A DNA stretch of 64,000 bases, from contig JAFTCA010000094.1 in the NCBI GenBank assembly GCA_017454945.1, positions 1,817-65,816 of the forward strand, in the 5' to 3' direction. The first letter of the stretch is position 1. Each line of letters begins with the position of its first letter. The position numbers and the translations under genes were made by a program. The stretch comes from Bacteroidales bacterium. GTDB taxonomy: Bacteria; Bacteroidota; Bacteroidia; Bacteroidales; WCHB1-69. Positions 62,108-64,000 of the stretch are shown in pieces. Under the pieces are notes generated by a model, which saw only the letters and a program-made list of their open reading frames with translations, did not search any database and was not told the DNA's origin.

Positions 62108-63856
62108 TTAACGTTTGGAAAGAATGGCCTTGAAAACCTCTTCATTGATTTTCACAGGATACTTTTGTTTCAACTCATTCACCCACTGGGCATCCAAGTA
62201 ATTTTGGTAATCGGTGATGACGGCCGAACGCACTTCCGACAGTGGCTTCGGCTCAGCCACGCCCGACGCAGAAGAGCCCATATACTGGTTCTTGTGCGTT
62301 TCATAATAGTTGGCCAGACCTGTCGTATCTTCGATAGCCTTCAGCCAAACCTTCTGCGAGTTGATCTCGTAAAGCACCATGCCATCGTAGAACTCATCCA
62401 TAAGATACTTGAAATCGGGATATTTCGACTCCAAATGTTTATCTTCATACTCCAACATGGCAGCCTGCAAGAATACGGGGAAGCGGTCATTTAAGAAGGA
62501 GATCACCCCATGCTCGAAGGTCAATTCGCGATGACGTGCCAAGAAGGGAGCAAAGTCACGCAGTGTGATCTTCATATCGGCAAAGGTACAAATAGGTTTC
62601 AGTTTCTCAGCGCCAGGCAGATCTGCCAGAATATATTTTACAGAATCGAAATTTTCGCGTGTCACATGTTTGGCAATGAATGCAAACACCTTTTTCTTAC
62701 CTTTTTCCTCATAATTGTATTCCTTCTTCAGTTTCTCAATCAAAGATTCCTTACTGATGCTGGAACGTTCATCCTGCAGAAGTTTCATCTTCAACATATA
62801 CTTACTATCTTCTGTGATAGGCTTATACACAATCTCATCCAAGCGCATGATATGCCAGCCCATGGAAGAAGAGACCGGTTGGGTGATTTCACCGGGTTTG
62901 CATTGCAAGCAAGCATACACATAGTTACCAGGACGATAGCTCGGGGCAAACGGCTCCATCTGGCCGCCTTTCTCCACCGAAGCCTTGTCGTCAGAATAAC
63001 GGCTCACCAGTTCCTCGAAAGCCACTTCGTTTTTCTGTGCCATGATGGCATCCACCTTGGCGCGCGTTTCGGCAGTCATCTGATTCTTTGGTGCCAGCGA
63101 GTCTGCAATAAAGATTTGCGATACACTAATCTTCTGGATAGCAGGAACTTTGTCGGTCAGATAAATCAGGTGATAACCAAACTGCGTTCTAACAGGCATG
63201 GAAATCTCGCCCACTTTCAAGTTGTATACTGCATTTTCAAACTTATAAATCAGATCCATGACGGTGAAATAACCCAAATCGCCTTTGTTGCCCAAACGTA
63301 CCTGATGAGTGCGCGGATTTTCAGTATCACGGGCAGAAGGGTCATCCGAATAGAGAACTGCAGCCTCAGCAAAGGGCATTCCATTCAACACTTTATTGTG
63401 TACATCCATCGCTTTGCGATAGGCCAACAAAGTGTCTTTTTCACTTGAATTTGCCTTGCAATCAATCAGGATATGCGATGCTCTGACAAGATATTTCGAA
63501 CGCTCGTAGGCTTCTTCTATCAGTTTCTCATTCACATCTTTATCAATCAGATAAGGTTGCGAAGATTGATTACGATAAACGGCCAACTCACTTGTAAATT
63601 GGGCACTGGTATCCACCTTCAGCGCCTTGCCTTCCATCACTTTCAATTTGAAATTGACATACAGATCCAAATAATCGCGCAACTCCTTCTCAGTAGCGGT
63701 CGACAAGTTATTGTTCTTTGAAAAAGCTCTTACAAATTCACTCTGTGTAACTAAATTATCTCCTACCCGCATCAACACAGGGTCATTCTGACCACGCAAG
63801 TCAGACCATGCCAGCAGGCATATCATCATCATCAAACTAACAAAAAATCTTTTCAT
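62108..63856 (-). CDS. Parvulin-type peptidyl-prolyl isomerase (SurA-like)
   Basis: VRASHIL, FAEAA..YSDD, GDLGYF, PVRTQFGYHLI, plus a second rotamase domain; start set at MKRFF. Confidence 0.9.
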   Translation of the reverse strand: MKRFFVSLMMMICLLAWSDLRGQNDPVLMRVGDNLVTQSEFVRAFSKNNNLSTATEKELRDYLDLYVNFKLKVMEGKALKVDTSAQFTSELAVYRNQSSQPYLIDKDVNEKLIEEAYERSKYLVRASHILIDCKANSSEKDTLLAYRKAMDVHNKVLNGMPFAEAAVLYSDDPSARDTENPRTHQVRLGNKGDLGYFTVMDLIYKFENAVYNLKVGEISMPVRTQFGYHLIYLTDKVPAIQKISVSQIFIADSLAPKNQMTAETRAKVDAIMAQKNEVAFEELVSRYSDDKASVEKGGQMEPFAPSYRPGNYVYACLQCKPGEITQPVSSSMGWHIMRLDEIVYKPITEDSKYMLKMKLLQDERSSISKESLIEKLKKEYNYEEKGKKKVFAFIAKHVTRENFDSVKYILADLPGAEKLKPICTFADMKITLRDFAPFLARHRELTFEHGVISFLNDRFPVFLQAAMLEYEDKHLESKYPDFKYLMDEFYDGMVLYEINSQKVWLKAIEDTTGLANYYETHKNQYMGSSASGVAEPKPLSEVRSAVITDYQNYLDAQWVNELKQKYPVKINEEVFKAILSKR

Positions 63857-64000
63857 AAATCGAGCTATATTTAACACTTTAGTTTATTCGAATTTTTAAT
63901 TTGAGAAATCAACAAATTTCCTGAAGCTCAAATTCCCAGTGATAGAGCCTCTAACCAGCGAATCCTCAGCTGTCGAGTGCAAACTGTAGGTCCGCATGGT

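Noticed and set aside
63896-64000. Possible 3' end of a minus-strand gene at the window edge
   Set aside because: More than one frame is open over this short stretch, so neither frame nor product can be determined.

Overview
Chromosomal window from a Bacteroidales bacterium, judged from many TAnnTTTG -7 promoter boxes, T9SS-type C-terminal tails and the rsfS-ftsH-LUD-cdsA gene order. It holds 46 CDS. Housekeeping genes: leuS, prmA, rho, ftsH, rsfS, cdsA, ligA, psd, rmuC, cinA. Envelope genes: LptD-like, amidase, alpha-2-macroglobulin-pbpC, lemA-TPM, flippase, PPIases. A redox/accessory set fills the first 15 kb. No rRNA, tRNA, CRISPR array or transposase was seen. Two things stand out. (1) Eight intergenic spacers in the first 28 kb are built largely from a shared vocabulary of 7- and 8-nt tandem-repeat modules in a mostly conserved order. 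They share junctions, one 40-nt block is identical between loci, and hairpin elements are embedded in some. This suggests a templated modular repeat system rather than independent microsatellites. (2) A Na+/Pi cotransporter-PhoU protein is fused in frame to an OmpR/PhoB-type winged-helix domain and lies between an exported HAD phosphatase and an MgtC gene. All calls come from reading motifs by eye; no database searches were run.
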